Assembly: GCA_002773855.1 (NCBI GenBank)
Contig: PEZY01000012.1
Span: 297,613 to 361,612, forward strand
Source of the DNA: Candidatus Buchananbacteria bacterium CG10_big_fil_rev_8_21_14_0_10_33_19
GTDB lineage: Bacteria > Patescibacteriota > Patescibacteriia > 2-01-FULL-39-33
Length of the DNA: 64,000 nt
Direction of reading: 5' to 3'
Shown one piece after another: positions 9,570 to 20,274 of the stretch; within the stretch, counting starts at the first letter, position 1, and each line of letters opens with the position of its first letter. Made by a program: the position numbers and the translations under genes. The notes below the pieces were generated by a model. The model did no database searches, was not told the origin of the DNA, and was given only the letters and a program-made list of their open reading frames with translations.

Positions 9570-10886
9570 ATGATACTATTTATATTATTTATAATTTTGG
9601 GAATTGCTTTTTCTTTGTGTTATATTTGGGGTAAAGAAAAATTTTCACCAGCTAATTTAATGTTAGCTGTTTGGTTAATATCTATTGGAGTAGCTCAATT
9701 ACGACTTAGTCCTCATGAAAATAAATGGACAGTTGATTTTTGGTTGGTTTTATTTTTATTTTTGGTATTGTTCTATTTATCTTTTTTGATTGTAAATAAT
9801 AAGATTGGTAAAAAAATTACCGATAATAAAAAAAATATTTTGATTGATAAAAAGATATTATTTTTTGTGGCTATAGGTTTAACCTCAGCCAGCTTGTTGA
9901 GTAATCTTTATATATTTTGGCAATTTAAAACCATGCCAATATTTTCATCTAGTCCGGATAGGATGAGATTTATTATTAACAAAAATATTTTTGGTTTATG
10001 GGAATATTTAGCCCTATTGCCTAGACTTTATATTCCGTTATTATTTTTTTATTTGTTATCAATTAAGAGTATATCTAGGAAATATAAATTATTTATTTGG
10101 CTAAATATTATTTTGGGTTTTCTATTATTATTTTTATACGCTTCTAGGTTGGTAATAATTTTGCCAATTTTGTTAACATACTTTGTCTATATTTATTTGA
10201 AAAAAAATAATATTACTTTTAAGAAAATAATTATTTCTTCAATATTGGTGTTACTAGTGGTTGGCTTTATATCTGTGGCTATTCCAGCTTTTCGTAATTA
10301 TATAACTTATAAAGATTATTATACTGACAGCCTAGATTATACGCCATTTACCTATTTGGTTAATTTATCCGGTATTGCTGTGCCGGCTGAATTACAATGG
10401 ATTATTCCATTATATATTATTCCTAGTTTTAATTTGCAGGCCATGCTACAAGCGACCACTTATTATAATACTAGTGTTAACAATTTTTATCAGGGTGCTT
10501 ATTATCTCACAGTTTTTAATCCACTTCTAAAAATATTACATTTGCCATTATCTAATGTGATAATACCCTGGGAGCCAATGTTTTTGTCTTGGTGGATAAC
10601 GGCGACATTTTTATTTTCGGCTTGGGCGGATTTTGGTTACTGGGGAATTATTTTTATAGCTATTTTATGGGGTATTATTTTAGCTGTAGCCTATCAATAT
10701 GCATCAAAAAAACCGACTTATTTGTCGATTATGTTAATGTCTTATTTTAGTTTTGTGGTGATAATGAGTATTTACACTGATTATTTGATGAGAGCCGAGT
10801 TTTATATAGATGTGTTTTTTATTTTTGTGACTGGCTATATTTTTTTGAAATTTAAAAATCAGACTACTCAAAAGATTGATCAATAA
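9570..10886 (+). CDS. polytopic membrane protein, possibly an O-antigen polymerase/ligase-like protein
   Basis: More than 10 predicted TM helices; sits inside the glycosyltransferase cluster. Confidence 0.4.
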   Translation: MILFILFIILGIAFSLCYIWGKEKFSPANLMLAVWLISIGVAQLRLSPHENKWTVDFWLVLFLFLVLFYLSFLIVNNKIGKKITDNKKNILIDKKILFFVAIGLTSASLLSNLYIFWQFKTMPIFSSSPDRMRFIINKNIFGLWEYLALLPRLYIPLLFFYLLSIKSISRKYKLFIWLNIILGFLLLFLYASRLVIILPILLTYFVYIYLKKNNITFKKIIISSILVLLVVGFISVAIPAFRNYITYKDYYTDSLDYTPFTYLVNLSGIAVPAELQWIIPLYIIPSFNLQAMLQATTYYNTSVNNFYQGAYYLTVFNPLLKILHLPLSNVIIPWEPMFLSWWITATFLFSAWADFGYWGIIFIAILWGIILAVAYQYASKKPTYLSIMLMSYFSFVVIMSIYTDYLMRAEFYIDVFFIFVTGYIFLKFKNQTTQKIDQ

Positions 10887-11805
10887 TATCTTTATTACCT
10901 AGTATAAAATCTTTAGCTTTTATTTTATTTTTGCCTTCAATTTGTAATTCAGATATTTCTAGTAGCTGATCGTTACAACCAATCAAAAATTTATCATTAT
11001 TGATTATTATTTTGCCGGCCAATGTATGTCCATCAGTGATGTTGACAGGTGGGAATATTTTTACCCGTTTTTTGCTTAGAGTAGTCCAGGCTGTTGGCCA
11101 GGGATAAAAGGCTCTGATTTGATTAGATATAATTTGAGCTGATTTATGCCAATTAATTTTAGCTTCTTCTTTGCTGATGAGTTGACAATAAGTAGCTTGT
11201 TCATCATTTTGAATAGTTGGAGCAATTTGGTTGCTGATAAATTTTTTAATAGTCTCAATCAAAAAATTAGTACTGCTATTGTCAGACATAATTTTATGTA
11301 GTGATTCATTATCTTCGTTACCAGCTAAGAGTAGCTCTTTTTGGGCTAAAATCGGCCCGTGGTCCATTTTAGCATCCATTAGCATGATTGTTATGCCTGT
11401 TTTGGTTTCGCCATTTAAGATGGCATTTTGAATGGGTGAAGCCCCTCGGTATTTTGGTAGTAATGAAGGGTGAACATTAATATTGCCTAACTTGGCAATA
11501 TTAAGTATTGCTTGAGGAATAATTTGACCGTAAGCCACAACTACCGTAAGATCTGGCTCCAAAGACTTCAGTTCCTCGATGATTTTAGTATCGGTTTTTA
11601 ATTTTTCTGATTGAAAGATTCTAATATTATTTTGGATAGCCACTGCTTTAACTGGTGGTATAGAGATGATTTGTTTTCTGCCAGTTGGTTTGTCTGGTTG
11701 GGTAATTATTCCTACAATTTCAAAATCGTTATTAAGTAAAGATTTTAAATAGGGGACGGCAAATTCTGGTGTCCCCATAAAAATTATTTTAGATGGTGCT
11801 TTCAT
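10864..11805 (-). CDS. fmt: methionyl-tRNA formyltransferase
   Basis: IIFMGTPEFAV..HPSLLPKYRGASPIQ motifs. Confidence 0.9.
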   Translation of the reverse strand: MKAPSKIIFMGTPEFAVPYLKSLLNNDFEIVGIITQPDKPTGRKQIISIPPVKAVAIQNNIRIFQSEKLKTDTKIIEELKSLEPDLTVVVAYGQIIPQAILNIAKLGNINVHPSLLPKYRGASPIQNAILNGETKTGITIMLMDAKMDHGPILAQKELLLAGNEDNESLHKIMSDNSSTNFLIETIKKFISNQIAPTIQNDEQATYCQLISKEEAKINWHKSAQIISNQIRAFYPWPTAWTTLSKKRVKIFPPVNITDGHTLAGKIIINNDKFLIGCNDQLLEISELQIEGKNKIKAKDFILGNKDIIDQSFE

Positions 11806-11806
11806 A

Positions 11807-12265
11807 TTAGTATTCGATATCTGCTAAGTCTTTAACCTTATCAATGAATAGTATGCCGTCTAAATGGTCTATTTCATGTTGAATAATTCTAGCTAATAAA
11901 CCATTGGCTTTAATGGTTTGTTCTTGACCACCTTCATTAAGATATTTTATAGTAACGCTTTTATGTCTTTTAACTTGACCGTATTTATGAGGAATTGATA
12001 GGCAGCCTTCTTCGTCCCAGTCTTTAAGTAATGATTTTTTGATAATCTTAGGATTAATAATGACTAGATCTTTGTCTTTGTGTCCAATAACCAATAATCT
12101 AATGTTTTGTCCAATCTGCGGAGCGGCTAGACCAACGCCATTACTATCTTTCATAGTTTCTAACATCTCTGGAATTAGCTTTTGAATTTTTGAATCTAAA
12201 ACATCGGTCACTTTTTGTGATTTTGTTCGTAAGATTGGATTGGGATGAATAATAAGCTTTAACAT
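11807..12265 (-). CDS. def: peptide deformylase
   Basis: GLAAPQIG, EGCLSIP and HEIDHLDG motifs. Confidence 0.95.
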   Translation of the reverse strand: MLKLIIHPNPILRTKSQKVTDVLDSKIQKLIPEMLETMKDSNGVGLAAPQIGQNIRLLVIGHKDKDLVIINPKIIKKSLLKDWDEEGCLSIPHKYGQVKRHKSVTIKYLNEGGQEQTIKANGLLARIIQHEIDHLDGILFIDKVKDLADIEY

Positions 12266-12306
12266 AACTATATTATGTTATAAAAAAGGTAAAAAGTCAA
12301 TAGTAT

Positions 12307-12651
12307 TTGGTGTCTAATTTACAAGAGTTAAGGTTTTTGGTAGAATCATTATTAATGAAAAAAGATGAAGGCCCTCAAAAATTAAGTGATCTGTTTGGTA
12401 AAATTGAACAGAAGAAAGCCCCTGCTCATGAGTGGCAAGATTTAGCTTTGCGTATAATTTCTGATTTAGGCGTGCCAAATTTTAAGCGAGGTTCGGTGTT
12501 TAAGATTTGCAAAGATAATACTAAAGAGAAGGTGGAAAGAGCTTATAATGATACTAAAGAGCTGTGTAAGAGTGGTGAAAAATGGAAATATTTTTTTAAG
12601 GTAATCGCTGATTCAGATAGTAATATTGAGCACAAAATAAAATCCACCTAA
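12307..12651 (+). CDS. hypothetical protein
   Basis: ORF with a hairpin terminator at its 3' end. Confidence 0.4.
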   Translation: MVSNLQELRFLVESLLMKKDEGPQKLSDLFGKIEQKKAPAHEWQDLALRIISDLGVPNFKRGSVFKICKDNTKEKVERAYNDTKELCKSGEKWKYFFKVIADSDSNIEHKIKST

Positions 12652-12668
12652 ATTAGGTGGATTTTTAA
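12642..12668. terminator. Bidirectional rho-independent terminator
   Basis: aatccaccta-aat-taggtggatt followed by ttttt. Confidence 0.6.
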
Positions 12669-12679
12669 ATTATTATGAT

Positions 12680-13471
12680 TTATTTTAATTCTAAATTGGC
12701 AGTTAAGTAGCCAACACCAAATGGAGCTTCATAGCTTAGAATTTTGGTTTCATAGTTGATATTATTTAGAATTCCTAGAAGTATTAATATTGAACGTAGT
12801 CCACATTCAGCAGCATTTCCAATGGTTTTTGTATCCATATTAACGATGCCCTGTGAATCACCAGCCTGTAGTAGCTTAATTAACCCCTCATCAAACTCTT
12901 TGCCAGCTGGATTGAATTTAGCTGGAGCATTCTCGGTTAGGCAATGAGATAAATCAGCCGAAGCGATAACAGCTATTCGCTTATCAGTGCTAAAAATTAC
13001 TTCTTTTAAGATTTTACCAAAGTCCAAGTGCGATTGATTATCTAGCAGTGAAAAATATATTGGAATAATTTTTATATTTTGTATATTTTGACCTAAACAG
13101 TAGAATGGTATACCAATACCATGGTCTAATTTAGTTTCAGATATGATATTAATTGGTGATTTACTGGATATTCTTTCCTTGTCATTGGTCATTAATAAGA
13201 TATCACCTTTAACAGGTATTTTGGTGGAAAAGTCGCCAAAATCTTCAAAATTAATTTCAAAGTTATCTGATAGATTGATAGTGAAATGATCAGCATTGGT
13301 GTGACCATGAGGTGAAATGATAATTAAAATATCTGGCTTAGCTGCGTATAGATCTCTTTCTAGGCTAGCTAGAGCTTCTTTGGTTTTGGTTATATTCTCT
13401 AAGTGTTCTTTGCCAATACTAGGAATAATTATTGGCGGGTGAGGGGATATGGCGCTAAAAACTAATGACAT
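12680..13471 (-). CDS. MEMO1-family protein (AmmeMemoRadiSam system protein B-like; class III extradiol dioxygenase fold)
   Basis: About 260 aa with the family's PHGH/DHG..LSH His-rich motifs. Confidence 0.65.
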   Translation of the reverse strand: MSLVFSAISPHPPIIIPSIGKEHLENITKTKEALASLERDLYAAKPDILIIISPHGHTNADHFTINLSDNFEINFEDFGDFSTKIPVKGDILLMTNDKERISSKSPINIISETKLDHGIGIPFYCLGQNIQNIKIIPIYFSLLDNQSHLDFGKILKEVIFSTDKRIAVIASADLSHCLTENAPAKFNPAGKEFDEGLIKLLQAGDSQGIVNMDTKTIGNAAECGLRSILILLGILNNINYETKILSYEAPFGVGYLTANLELK

Positions 13472-13606
13472 AAAGTTTAATTAAAAATTAAAAAATAAAA
13501 GTGTAAAATTAATGTATTGCTACGCAATGGTTTTTTAAATAAATTATGAGCATAGTGGACACTTGATTTTTTAGTTTTGCGTTTTAAGTTTTTAATTTAT
13601 TTCGTT

Positions 13607-14977
13607 CTACCAATCGCCAGTGATTGTTTGTCCTAATTGATGAGCATCTAAAGTTTCTTGGTTGACTGTTTTTATGTTGTCCCATTTGTAATTCATAGAT
13701 AAGAATATCTTAGAATTAAATATTGGTAGTTTTTTTTCATCAGAAATGACGTACACCGTACTAAGGTTCTTAACTTTAATTAATTCTCCGTCTGGCAGGG
13801 TAACTGGATTACCGGGACTGTAAATGTCTAGTTCGCTGGATGCTACTTTTTCGATTGGGACACTGCGGAAATTGGCGTTCATTATTTCTTTGTTGATGAC
13901 TAATTTTTTCTTACCACTGATAATATAATAAACATCACCAGTAGTTTTGTCCTGAAGTAGTTTGCCTGTTGGGTAGATGGTATTTTTGGTGATATTAGAT
14001 TCAGTTCTATACATTTCTAATTCATCGTTGCTAACTCCAATAATATCATCTTCAGTAAAGCCGATTTGTTTTAAGAGCTCTTCGTTTTCAATTTTTCTCT
14101 TGGTGTCATCAATAATCATATAAATTTCTTTAGCTGGATTCTGAAGTAGGGAAAAATTAAGGTATTCAATAGATGGGCCATCATCATAGTAATCTAAATC
14201 TGCTGGAGAAACCATAATTACTTTTTTAGGATCAAATCTGGATAAAAATACAGAGTTTGACACGATTTTTCTTTTGGTGCCATTTTCTATATAGTATTTG
14301 GCTGTGGAATCTTCATCTTGTAGTAATGAGCCATCTGGCCACTTTTTACCAAAATATCTATTCCATAAATCCCAAAAAAGTTTATTACCACCACAGTTAC
14401 CACCACAGTCAACATGGGGAGTGTAGGAATATAAGCCAGCGGTAGCGGCATTTTTAGGAGTAACTGGCAAATTATCAATAGTTCTGGTTACACCAGGTCG
14501 GTAATAATAATTTCCTGGATTATCTACATAGTCTCTGGTTTGTAAAGCAGCTGAATTAACTTGTTTAAAAAAACCTTGCCATCTAGAATTACAGCCACCA
14601 CCGTCAGGACAGCCATAGCCAGTAGCCCAATCATATTGAGTTTGTTTAGGGGCGGGATTATCTAAAAGGCTCATTTCTTTTTGAACAAGGACTAATAAAT
14701 ATTTAGGATTTATTAAGGCATCAAGAGCGGTTTTATAAAAGGTTTCAGCAGCAGTGATTGATTTACCTTCTTTATCAATAGTTACATAGTTTTTTAAGGT
14801 ACCAGGTCGTTTATCTAAAAAACGTTGAATGTCTTCTAAATCCATGGAATTATAATTAGTAATTTCTGAGTCAGAAATTAAATAATTTGGGTCAAATTCG
14901 GCAGCTAAGGCTGGATTAGATATTAATGTTGTGGCCACTAAAAATAGGGCTATAAAGGTAATTTTACAATTGGTCAT
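13607..14977 (-). CDS. secreted hypothetical protein (signal peptide; Cys/Gly-rich central region)
   Basis: N-terminal signal peptide ...NPALAAEF; no recognisable catalytic motif. Confidence 0.5.
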   Translation of the reverse strand: MTNCKITFIALFLVATTLISNPALAAEFDPNYLISDSEITNYNSMDLEDIQRFLDKRPGTLKNYVTIDKEGKSITAAETFYKTALDALINPKYLLVLVQKEMSLLDNPAPKQTQYDWATGYGCPDGGGCNSRWQGFFKQVNSAALQTRDYVDNPGNYYYRPGVTRTIDNLPVTPKNAATAGLYSYTPHVDCGGNCGGNKLFWDLWNRYFGKKWPDGSLLQDEDSTAKYYIENGTKRKIVSNSVFLSRFDPKKVIMVSPADLDYYDDGPSIEYLNFSLLQNPAKEIYMIIDDTKRKIENEELLKQIGFTEDDIIGVSNDELEMYRTESNITKNTIYPTGKLLQDKTTGDVYYIISGKKKLVINKEIMNANFRSVPIEKVASSELDIYSPGNPVTLPDGELIKVKNLSTVYVISDEKKLPIFNSKIFLSMNYKWDNIKTVNQETLDAHQLGQTITGDW

Positions 14978-15177
14978 TTTCTATTAGGTTTATTTATTTT
15001 TATTTGTTTAAATTATATCAGATATTTAAGATTTTTGGTATATATTCATAGACTTTTGATTTATAGTCAATTTATTTATGTTTTATGATGATTTTAGAGT
15101 GTCTTGATTTTTATCTATCTGATATTTCTGTTAAAATAGATGACAGGTAGAAATAGTGAATAAAAATAATTTTTCTT

Positions 15178-15900
15178 ATGAAAATAGATTTAGAAAATTT
15201 TGAAGATATAGAAAGAGATAAATCTTTTGATTACGGTTATTCTAGAAAAAAAAGAAAAAAGAAGAATAATTTAATTAGAATATTAATAGCTATCGTTGTA
15301 AGTTTATTAATAGTATTATTGATAGCTTATTTAACGTTGAAGTTTTTTGTTGGACCAATTGTTAAAACTGTTGATGGATTACCTGGTGATTTTCCAGCTG
15401 GTATAGATTTTTATCAACCTGATCAGGCTAAAATCAATTTAGAAGATCAAGTGGGGAAAGAGAAAATGATTTCTGGATTAAAATCAATGCCAGATTGGGT
15501 GCTAACTTTATTTTTAAATTTCTTGTCCGAAGACTTAAAAAAACAATTAGCCGATAATTTTGGTGATGATATTAATATTCCCAAAAATTTTAGTGTTGAT
15601 GATTTAAAGGAATCACTTAATGAAATTGATGTTAACAAAACTCAAACAGTTAATTTGTCGTGGGCCGGTGTTGATAAAACCAAAGAAGAAATTGCTGCTT
15701 ACTATAAGCAAAAATTAAAAGCTAGCAACTTCGAATTCAAAGAAAATTTAACTGATTATCAGATTAATTTAGGTTTTTGGAAAGATGGTGTCTTTGGTCT
15801 GATGTCTTTTACTGATCAAAAACAAGAAATAGACGGCGGCGTTAAATATAATAGTGATGTTGATATAACCGTTAATTATTTGAATGAATTACAAAAATAA
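15178..15900 (+). CDS. hypothetical membrane-anchored protein
   Basis: N-terminal TM helix following a basic stretch. Confidence 0.45.
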   Translation: MKIDLENFEDIERDKSFDYGYSRKKRKKKNNLIRILIAIVVSLLIVLLIAYLTLKFFVGPIVKTVDGLPGDFPAGIDFYQPDQAKINLEDQVGKEKMISGLKSMPDWVLTLFLNFLSEDLKKQLADNFGDDINIPKNFSVDDLKESLNEIDVNKTQTVNLSWAGVDKTKEEIAAYYKQKLKASNFEFKENLTDYQINLGFWKDGVFGLMSFTDQKQEIDGGVKYNSDVDITVNYLNELQK

Positions 15901-16646
15901 TGAAAAAAGAAATTTTAGGCGTTGGCCTTGATATTATTGATGCTGATCAAACAATATCAAAAATCACTGAGTATTTGCAATCAAATAAGCAGTATCATTT
16001 GGTGACAGTTAACCCAGAGTTTATTGTTGAATCTCGGGACAATAAAAAATTTAAAAATGTTTTAAATAAAGCATCACTGGCAGTTTGTGATGGTTTTGGT
16101 TTAGTATTAGTAACTCTTGGTAAATTAAAACGAGTCACCGGTGTTGATTTATCTGAGAGGTTGTTGGGTGGTGAAATTAAAAATTCCAAGGTTTTTTTAT
16201 TAGGTGGCACTAAAGATAACGCCAAAATATTAATGACTAAATACCCTGGCACTATTGTTGGAGCAGAACAGGGTGGTAATATTAATATTAAGACATACCA
16301 ATTAGATAATAATGATATTATTATTAATAAAATAATTAAAAGCAAGGCTAATATATTACTAGTAGGTTTTGGTCAGGTTAAGCAAGAGATGTGGATTAGT
16401 CAAAATTTAAGTAAAGTGCCAAATGTTAAGGTGGCTATAGGAGTTGGCGGCACTTTTGATTATTTGTCAGGTGATATAAAACGAGCGCCCAAATTTTTTA
16501 GATCATTGGGCTTGGAGTGGTTGTATCGATTAACCGCTCAGCCTCAAAGGCTTCGGCGAATTTTTAATGCGACCATTAAGTTTTTGTGGTTAGTAGCGCT
16601 CAACAAACTATTAAAATTAAAGCATCCTAAATTGACAAAAAGATAA
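15900..16646 (+). CDS. WecB/TagA/CpsF-family glycosyltransferase
   Basis: Size and conserved core match the N-acetylmannosaminyltransferase family. Confidence 0.65.
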   Translation: MKKEILGVGLDIIDADQTISKITEYLQSNKQYHLVTVNPEFIVESRDNKKFKNVLNKASLAVCDGFGLVLVTLGKLKRVTGVDLSERLLGGEIKNSKVFLLGGTKDNAKILMTKYPGTIVGAEQGGNINIKTYQLDNNDIIINKIIKSKANILLVGFGQVKQEMWISQNLSKVPNVKVAIGVGGTFDYLSGDIKRAPKFFRSLGLEWLYRLTAQPQRLRRIFNATIKFLWLVALNKLLKLKHPKLTKR

Positions 16647-16679
16647 TTTATTATTATTATCAAGTCTAATAACTCCAAT

Positions 16680-18173
16680 ATGTTTTTTAATAAGAAGTTA
16701 AAAATTAGAACTAGGTTTGCTCCCAGTCCCACTGGCTTTCTTCATGTTGGTGGGCTACGTACCGCTCTTTACGCTTATGTTTTAGCCGAACAGAATAAGG
16801 GTGATTTTTTGCTTAGAATTGAAGACACTGATCAGTCTAGAGAAGTAGAAGGGGCAGTGGATAATTTATTAAAATCTTTAAAATGGGCTGGCTTAGAAGC
16901 TAAAGAGGGGGTAATTATTGATAATGATGATAAAATAGCTGAGAAAGGCAATTTTGGCCCCTACACACAGTCTAAAAGACTAGAGATATACCAAAAATAT
17001 GCCAAAGTATTGGTAGATTCTGGTCGGGCTTATTATTGTTTTTGCACCTCAGAAAGATTGGAAAGTTTAAAAAATGATCAAAAATCAGCTGGTCAGGCTA
17101 CTCACTACGATAAACACTGCTTATCCTTAACTAAGGAAGATATTAAAGCTAAACTAGACAATGAGGAAAAATATGTTATTAGATTTAAAGTACCAGAAAA
17201 ACAAGAGGTAGTTTTTAATGATGTGGTTAGAGGTGAGATTAAATTTAATACTGCTGACATTGATGATCAAATTATTATAAAATCAGATGGTTTTCCAACT
17301 TATCATTTGGCCAGTGTTGTGGATGATTACTTAATGAAAATAAATTATATAATCAGGGGAGAGGAGTGGCTATCTTCTACACCCAAACATGTTTTGTTAT
17401 ACGAAGCTTTTAATTGGCCAGTGCCACAATTTGCTCATTTGCCATTGTTATTAAATCTAGATAAATCTAAATTATCTAAACGTCAGGGTGATGTGGCAGT
17501 AGAAGATTATCGTGATCAGGGTTATCTGCCAGAAGCTTTGGTTAATTTTGTGGCTTTACTTGGCTGGAATCCTGGGACTGAACAAGAAATTTTTAGCTTA
17601 GATGAATTAATTAAACTATTTGATGTCAAAAAAATTCACAAAGCTGGGGCAGTTTTTAATCGTGATAAATTAGATTGGTTTAATAGTGAATATATTAAAA
17701 AATTAAGTTCTACTGAATTTAAGGTATTGGCTAGGCCATATTTAGAAAAAAACATAACTAAAATTTCAGCAGATTTAAATCTAGAAAAATTATTCGAAAT
17801 TGAACAGCAAAGAATTAATAAGTTAAGTGAGATTGGTAATGATTTAAGTTTTATTTTTACTGATAATTTGGCATACAGTGTAGCTGATTTGGTTTGGAAA
17901 AAATCTACACCAGAATTAACTCTCAAAAATTTAGAATTACTGATTGGTGAATTAGAAGGGTATTCACAAAGTAATTGGCGGGCTGATAGTTTGGAAAAAA
18001 ATATTATAAAATTTATTGCCGAATCTGGTTTAAAAAATGGCGATGTGTTGTGGCCAATGCGCTTTGCTTTAACTGGTCAAGTTAAATCGCCAACCCCATT
18101 TGAAGTGGCCGATATTCTAGGTCAAGAAAAAAGTTTAGATAGATTAAGGCAGGCTATAGATAAATTAAAATAA
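16680..18173 (+). CDS. gltX: glutamate--tRNA ligase
   Basis: HVGG (HIGH-type) and KLSKR (KMSKS-type) motifs. Confidence 0.95.
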   Translation: MFFNKKLKIRTRFAPSPTGFLHVGGLRTALYAYVLAEQNKGDFLLRIEDTDQSREVEGAVDNLLKSLKWAGLEAKEGVIIDNDDKIAEKGNFGPYTQSKRLEIYQKYAKVLVDSGRAYYCFCTSERLESLKNDQKSAGQATHYDKHCLSLTKEDIKAKLDNEEKYVIRFKVPEKQEVVFNDVVRGEIKFNTADIDDQIIIKSDGFPTYHLASVVDDYLMKINYIIRGEEWLSSTPKHVLLYEAFNWPVPQFAHLPLLLNLDKSKLSKRQGDVAVEDYRDQGYLPEALVNFVALLGWNPGTEQEIFSLDELIKLFDVKKIHKAGAVFNRDKLDWFNSEYIKKLSSTEFKVLARPYLEKNITKISADLNLEKLFEIEQQRINKLSEIGNDLSFIFTDNLAYSVADLVWKKSTPELTLKNLELLIGELEGYSQSNWRADSLEKNIIKFIAESGLKNGDVLWPMRFALTGQVKSPTPFEVADILGQEKSLDRLRQAIDKLK

Positions 18174-18202
18174 AAAAACGACCTGAGTTGGGCCGTTTTT
18201 GC

Positions 18203-18430
18203 TTATTTTTCGATTGAACAGAGATTGGCGTCAAAGCCACAGATAGCACAGATACCAGTAATTACTGCTGGGCTATAATTTTCATTACTACATTGCGGAC
18301 ATCTTAGTAGTCCAATAGCACCGCCATCTTTACAGATAAAGCCAGAGCCTAGTAACTTATCACCCTCTTGAAATTTAATTTCAATATTATCAAAATCTTT
18401 TGGTGTTGGTAATTTTTTGATTTGGGTCAT
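18203..18430 (-). CDS. small Cys-rich protein, zinc-ribbon-like
   Basis: CPQC and CAIC pairs; convergent with gltX. Confidence 0.4.
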   Translation of the reverse strand: MTQIKKLPTPKDFDNIEIKFQEGDKLLGSGFICKDGGAIGLLRCPQCSNENYSPAVITGICAICGFDANLCSIEK

Positions 18431-18502
18431 TGTAGTAATATCCTTTTTGTTTGATGTTTGGAAGGTGCAATTAATAGATATATTATGTAAATATTATTTT
18501 AT

Positions 18503-18531
18503 TGTCAATTGCCAGTATCTTGTGTTATAAT
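18503..18531 (+). promoter_or_regulatory. sigma70-like promoter with an extended -10, upstream of the M23 peptidase
   Basis: TTGTCA-N17-TGtTATAAT. Confidence 0.55.
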
Positions 18532-18557
18532 ATGATTGAAAATAATAATATTGTCCC

Positions 18558-19820
18558 ATGCCAAGACAAGATAGACTTTGGAATTTAGCTAAATATCATA
18601 TTATTGCTTTGTTGTTAATGCCAATACTGCTTGTTGGTGTTTTTTTATTTACTACTAGAGGGTTGGTGGCCGAAGAAACAGCAGTAACTACTGGTGCTAA
18701 TCAGACTGAGGTTGACGATTTAACTCAACAAATTGATGATCAAAGAAAAAAAATTGATGCTATTGCTGATAAAATTAATGAATATAAAAGTAGTATTAGT
18801 AAATTTCAAAAACAATCTAATACTTTAAAAAATCAAGTTTATATCATAGATAATCAAATAGCTAAAACCGAATTAGATATTGAAGCTAAAAATGAAGAGG
18901 TTACAGTTACTGAGTTGGAAATATCTAAAGTAGAGTTAGAGATTGTAGATAATCAAAAAGCCATTGAAGAGCAAAAGAAATATTTATCAGCTTTTATTAG
19001 GTTATTGGATTATTATGATGATAAAGATTATTTATCAATACTGTTAAATAATAACTCTTTTTCCGAATTTTTTGATCAAATAAATAATATTGAGGGTATT
19101 GAAGAAGATTTACAAAAAACTTTAAATCGCTTTCAAGAGTTAATTGATAGATATAACGCTCAAAAAGATGAGCTAAATGCCAAAAGAGACAAGTTATCTG
19201 AACTTTTGAATAAATTAGAGAGTGAAAAAGATTCACTACAAGCTCAAATAGGGACTAAACAATATTTAATTGCTGAAACTAATAATTCTGAAAATAAATA
19301 TCAAGGCTTGGTTAGTGATTTAAAGCAGCAACAGTTAGCCGCTAATAATGCAGTGGCTGAAATGGAAAGAAGATTGCGTCAAGAATTAGAAAAGAAAGGT
19401 CCAGACGAGGCTTTTAATAATTTAGCTGAAGCAGCACTTATTTGGCCAACTAGTAGTCATCGGATTACCGCTCATTTTCATGATGCTGATTATCCATTTA
19501 AAGCTACGGTTGGTGAGCACTCTGGTTTGGATATCGGCGTAGGCAAGGGGACACCAGTAATGGCAGCTGAAAGTGGCTACGTGGCTAAAGCGGCTATTGG
19601 TACTAAGTGGTATGGTAATTATGTTATGATTATTCATAGTAATAACTTAGCTACTCTTTATGCTCATCTTAATTCTTTAAATGTTAAAACAGATCAATAT
19701 ATTAGCAAAGGGCAGGTAATTGGCCTGAGTGGTAGCACCGGTTTTTCTTCTGGACCACATCTTCATTTTGAGGTTAGATCTGGTGGAATCCCAGTTAATC
19801 CTTTAAATTATTTACCTTAG
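18558..19820 (+). CDS. M23-family metallopeptidase with an N-terminal coiled coil (EnvC-like)
   Basis: HSGLDIG...HLHFEV LytM/M23 motifs after a long coiled-coil region. Confidence 0.85.
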   Translation: MPRQDRLWNLAKYHIIALLLMPILLVGVFLFTTRGLVAEETAVTTGANQTEVDDLTQQIDDQRKKIDAIADKINEYKSSISKFQKQSNTLKNQVYIIDNQIAKTELDIEAKNEEVTVTELEISKVELEIVDNQKAIEEQKKYLSAFIRLLDYYDDKDYLSILLNNNSFSEFFDQINNIEGIEEDLQKTLNRFQELIDRYNAQKDELNAKRDKLSELLNKLESEKDSLQAQIGTKQYLIAETNNSENKYQGLVSDLKQQQLAANNAVAEMERRLRQELEKKGPDEAFNNLAEAALIWPTSSHRITAHFHDADYPFKATVGEHSGLDIGVGKGTPVMAAESGYVAKAAIGTKWYGNYVMIIHSNNLATLYAHLNSLNVKTDQYISKGQVIGLSGSTGFSSGPHLHFEVRSGGIPVNPLNYLP

Positions 19821-19829
19821 CTTATATTT

Positions 19830-20246
19830 ATGGATAGGGATGAAATTATTAAATCAATTTTAACTTTTATATCTAATATATTTATTTGGTTTATCTTGTC
19901 TGGTATAGTATTTTTTATGTATTTCTTTTTTAATAAAGAATTGTATGAAAAATTGATTAAGTTTTTAATACCAGTTTTTATTTATTCGTCCGGTTTGATT
20001 TTGGTGTCTATGTGGCGTAAACGAAAAAATGATAATTTAGTTAAAGGTGGTAGTGAAACTGGATCGACAATTTATATTACTCAATGGGATAGGATGAAGC
20101 ATGATTTAGTGATGTTTATGACACCAATTATCATGTTGTTGGTAGCCAAATTTTATAAAAAAAATGTTGATGGTTTTGATATTATTTTGTCAGCTATTGC
20201 ATTTATAGGGCTTTATATGTCAAAATGGGTTTATAATAAAAAATAA
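19830..20246 (+). CDS. hypothetical membrane protein
   Basis: About 4 TM segments. Confidence 0.4.
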   Translation: MDRDEIIKSILTFISNIFIWFILSGIVFFMYFFFNKELYEKLIKFLIPVFIYSSGLILVSMWRKRKNDNLVKGGSETGSTIYITQWDRMKHDLVMFMTPIIMLLVAKFYKKNVDGFDIILSAIAFIGLYMSKWVYNKK

Positions 20247-20274
20247 AATAAAATAAATAATAATGTCTTAATAT

